Part shown: positions 62,637 to 64,000 of the stretch, piece by piece | How positions within the stretch are numbered: the stretch's first letter is position 1 | Layout: every line of letters starts with the position of its first letter | DNA from: a virus | Taxonomy: Duplodnaviria; Caudoviricetes | IMG/VR virus record: IMGVR_UViG_3300037424_001630 | Span: 13,533-77,532 of that record | Length of the DNA: 64,000 nucleotides | Direction: 5' to 3' (one strand) | The notes under the pieces: generated by a model | What the model was told of the DNA's origin: nothing | The model's input: the letters and a program-made list of their open reading frames with translations, nothing else | Databases searched by the model: none | Program-made: the position numbers and the translations under genes

Positions 62637-62691
62637 GGGGGAGAGCCCGCGGGGGCTTCCGGTGCCGGTTCGAGTCCGGCCTCCTCCACCA
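62637..62691 (+). ncRNA. alanine-identity tRNA-like / tmRNA TLD-like element (may extend 5' to 62582)
   Basis: GGGGGAG pairs with CTCCTCC (G3.U70); T arm GCCGG-TTCGAGT-CCGGC; A73; CCA. Confidence 0.65.
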
Positions 62692-62696
62692 ATCTG

Positions 62697-63224
62697 ATGC
62701 GGGTGACGGTGCAGGTCGGCGAGCGCCGGTTCGACGAGGACCTCGCGGCGCAGGCTTTCATCGCTCCAGACCTGGCCGGGATCGACCGGGCGCTGGAGAC
62801 CGGCCCGAGCCGCTTCGCCGAGTGGGCGATGCTGCACGCGCTGGCCCGCACCGAGCACGACGAGATCAAGGGGCAGCTCGCCGTGGTCGAGACGGACATC
62901 AAGGAGATCGAGGCGTTGGTCTACCTGCAGATCACCGACGCGGCGATGTCCGCCGGCGGCAAGGCTCCGACGATCCCGGTAATCCAGGCGATGGTGGAGG
63001 TCGCCCCCCGCCGGCTCGAGGTCGTGAAGAGGAAGCAAGCCCTCGAGGCTGACCTCCGGGCCGCGGCAGACCGGGTGCGAGTTCTGGACGTCGGCCGGGA
63101 GACCATGAAGGACCGGAAGGATTACGTGATCGAGCGTGCCCGGGACGCGCGCCAGGAGATGCAGTCGAAGATGGTGGTGCGCACGCCGGAGGAGCTCGCC
63201 CAGTTCCGGCCCGGGGGGCGCTGA
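62697..63224 (+). CDS. UvsY-like recombination mediator
   Basis: Coiled-coil pattern; adjacent to gp32-like SSB. Start could be ATG 62589, but that extension is low-complexity and covers the RNA element. Confidence 0.55.
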   Translation: MRVTVQVGERRFDEDLAAQAFIAPDLAGIDRALETGPSRFAEWAMLHALARTEHDEIKGQLAVVETDIKEIEALVYLQITDAAMSAGGKAPTIPVIQAMVEVAPRRLEVVKRKQALEADLRAAADRVRVLDVGRETMKDRKDYVIERARDARQEMQSKMVVRTPEELAQFRPGGR

Positions 63225-63451
63225 TGAGGCTGAACGCGGAGCAGCGGTTCAAGCGGGCGGTGGTGGTGCTCTGGCACAAGGGGGTGTACCCCGGGCCGAC
63301 CGCTCTCAACGAGCGGTTGAGCGGGCGGAGATCGCGCCACCTCGGGGGGTGCCGACCGCGCTGGCGCCGCGAGGTGTTCGCCGAGCTGGGGATTCCGCTG
63401 CAGCGGCCATCACCGCTCCGAGGTACCGGGGGGTGTGTTCTGAACGTCTGA
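63224..63451 (+). CDS. hypothetical protein
   Basis: TGATG coupling; 75 aa. Confidence 0.5.
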   Translation: MRLNAEQRFKRAVVVLWHKGVYPGPTALNERLSGRRSRHLGGCRPRWRREVFAELGIPLQRPSPLRGTGGCVLNV

Positions 63452-63456
63452 GAAAT

Positions 63457-63468
63457 GGGATATACTGG
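63457..63468 (+). promoter_or_regulatory. putative -10-type promoter
   Basis: GGGA-TATACT-GG upstream of the SSB gene. Confidence 0.55.
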
Positions 63469-63533
63469 TTAAGCAGTCTCACACGAACGGGCGACAGCCG
63501 CGAGGCGCGAGCCCAACACAAAGGAGACCGAAC

Positions 63534-64000
63534 ATGGCACCTCAGCTCAGTCCAGCCCTAGCCCAGTACATGCGCGAGCGAGCCCAGGGAGTCCGTGACC
63601 GGATGGCCAGCGGGAACTTCACCCCGTCGTGGCCCCTGTCCGGGGCGAAGTCGATCGTCGAGCCGGGCCACGACATCGACATCCGCCTGATGCCTCGGTG
63701 GGACTACGCCAACAGCCTCGTCCTCGACCCGAAGACCAACACCCGGATCGCCAACCCGGCGTACGACATCAACGCGCCGGCGTTCGTCTGGGGGCTCGAG
63801 CACTGGTGGGAGTCGGAAGCAGGCAAGACCACCCGCGAGTGGTGCCCGCGCATCTTCGACGTGGGACCCAAGGCGTACTGCCCGGTGTGCGTCGCCGCCG
63901 CTGAGATGGCTCGGAGCGCCGCGAAGGAGGACCAGAAGTACGGGAAGCGCATCGGGGCGAAGGAGGTGTTCGTCTTCAACGCGGTCGTCGGGGACCCCCG
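63534..64000 (+). CDS. T4 gp32-like single-stranded DNA-binding protein (partial, runs off the window)
   Basis: SD AAGGAG; IRLMP...HWW...CPRIF...CPVC...KRIGAK..FVFNAVV; not in the ORF track. Confidence 0.75.
   Translation, partial: MAPQLSPALAQYMRERAQGVRDRMASGNFTPSWPLSGAKSIVEPGHDIDIRLMPRWDYANSLVLDPKTNTRIANPAYDINAPAFVWGLEHWWESEAGKTTREWCPRIFDVGPKAYCPVCVAAAEMARSAAKEDQKYGKRIGAKEVFVFNAVVGDP

Noticed and set aside
62582-62760. Full-length or permuted two-piece tmRNA
   Set aside because: No room for an mRNA-like domain or tag, and no matching acceptor 5' strand downstream of the CCA.
1-64000. Stop-codon reassignment suggested by the release-factor-like gene
   Set aside because: TAG and TGA both end well-defined genes, coding density is high under the standard code, and no suppressor tRNA is seen.

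Overview
This 64 kb window is part of a very GC-rich (roughly 70% by eye) tailed dsDNA phage genome of siphovirus type: tail tube, chaperone and tape measure are present, with no sheath gene. All credible genes lie on the + strand. Order: ParB-like and DUF4338/DruA-like genes; tRNA-Thr(CGT) and tRNA-His(GTG); a minimal GGQ peptidyl-tRNA-hydrolase gene; a 14.4 kb train of five translationally coupled polyvalent proteins (3881-18327, about 4,800 aa); a CmcI-like methyltransferase; a first block of fibre/virion genes; a lysis cassette; XkdF-type prohead protease, scaffold and major capsid; neck and tail genes; then a replication/early region (SF2 helicase, initiator, DnaC-like loader, DnaB, HNH, primase, DUF932, Cys-rich small proteins, sigma-like factor, split family-A polymerase with an inserted dATP/dGTP diphosphohydrolase, UvsY-like protein, gp32-like SSB running off the end). 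Terminase, portal and integrase are not in the window. The main candidate new system is the polyvalent train. It is built from about 20 effector-like modules (ADP-ribosyltransferases, 2H phosphoesterase, JAB, zincin proteases, pyrophosphatase, HAD, ParB, a dead ligase, and a five-fold repeated unknown domain). Fifteen of these begin with the tag [YF]-x-x-x-[EDL]-[HQ]-P-R-D-x-x-G-x-W, and 14 of those 15 tags directly follow an x-x-K motif that also occurs in the capsid, scaffold and protease genes. This suggests a protease-processed, capsid-packaged and recombinationally shuffled effector polyprotein. The second notable signal is an alanine-identity (G3.U70, A73, CCA) tRNA/tmRNA-like mini-RNA at 62582/62637-62691. 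All family assignments come from motif recognition by eye; no database searches were run.
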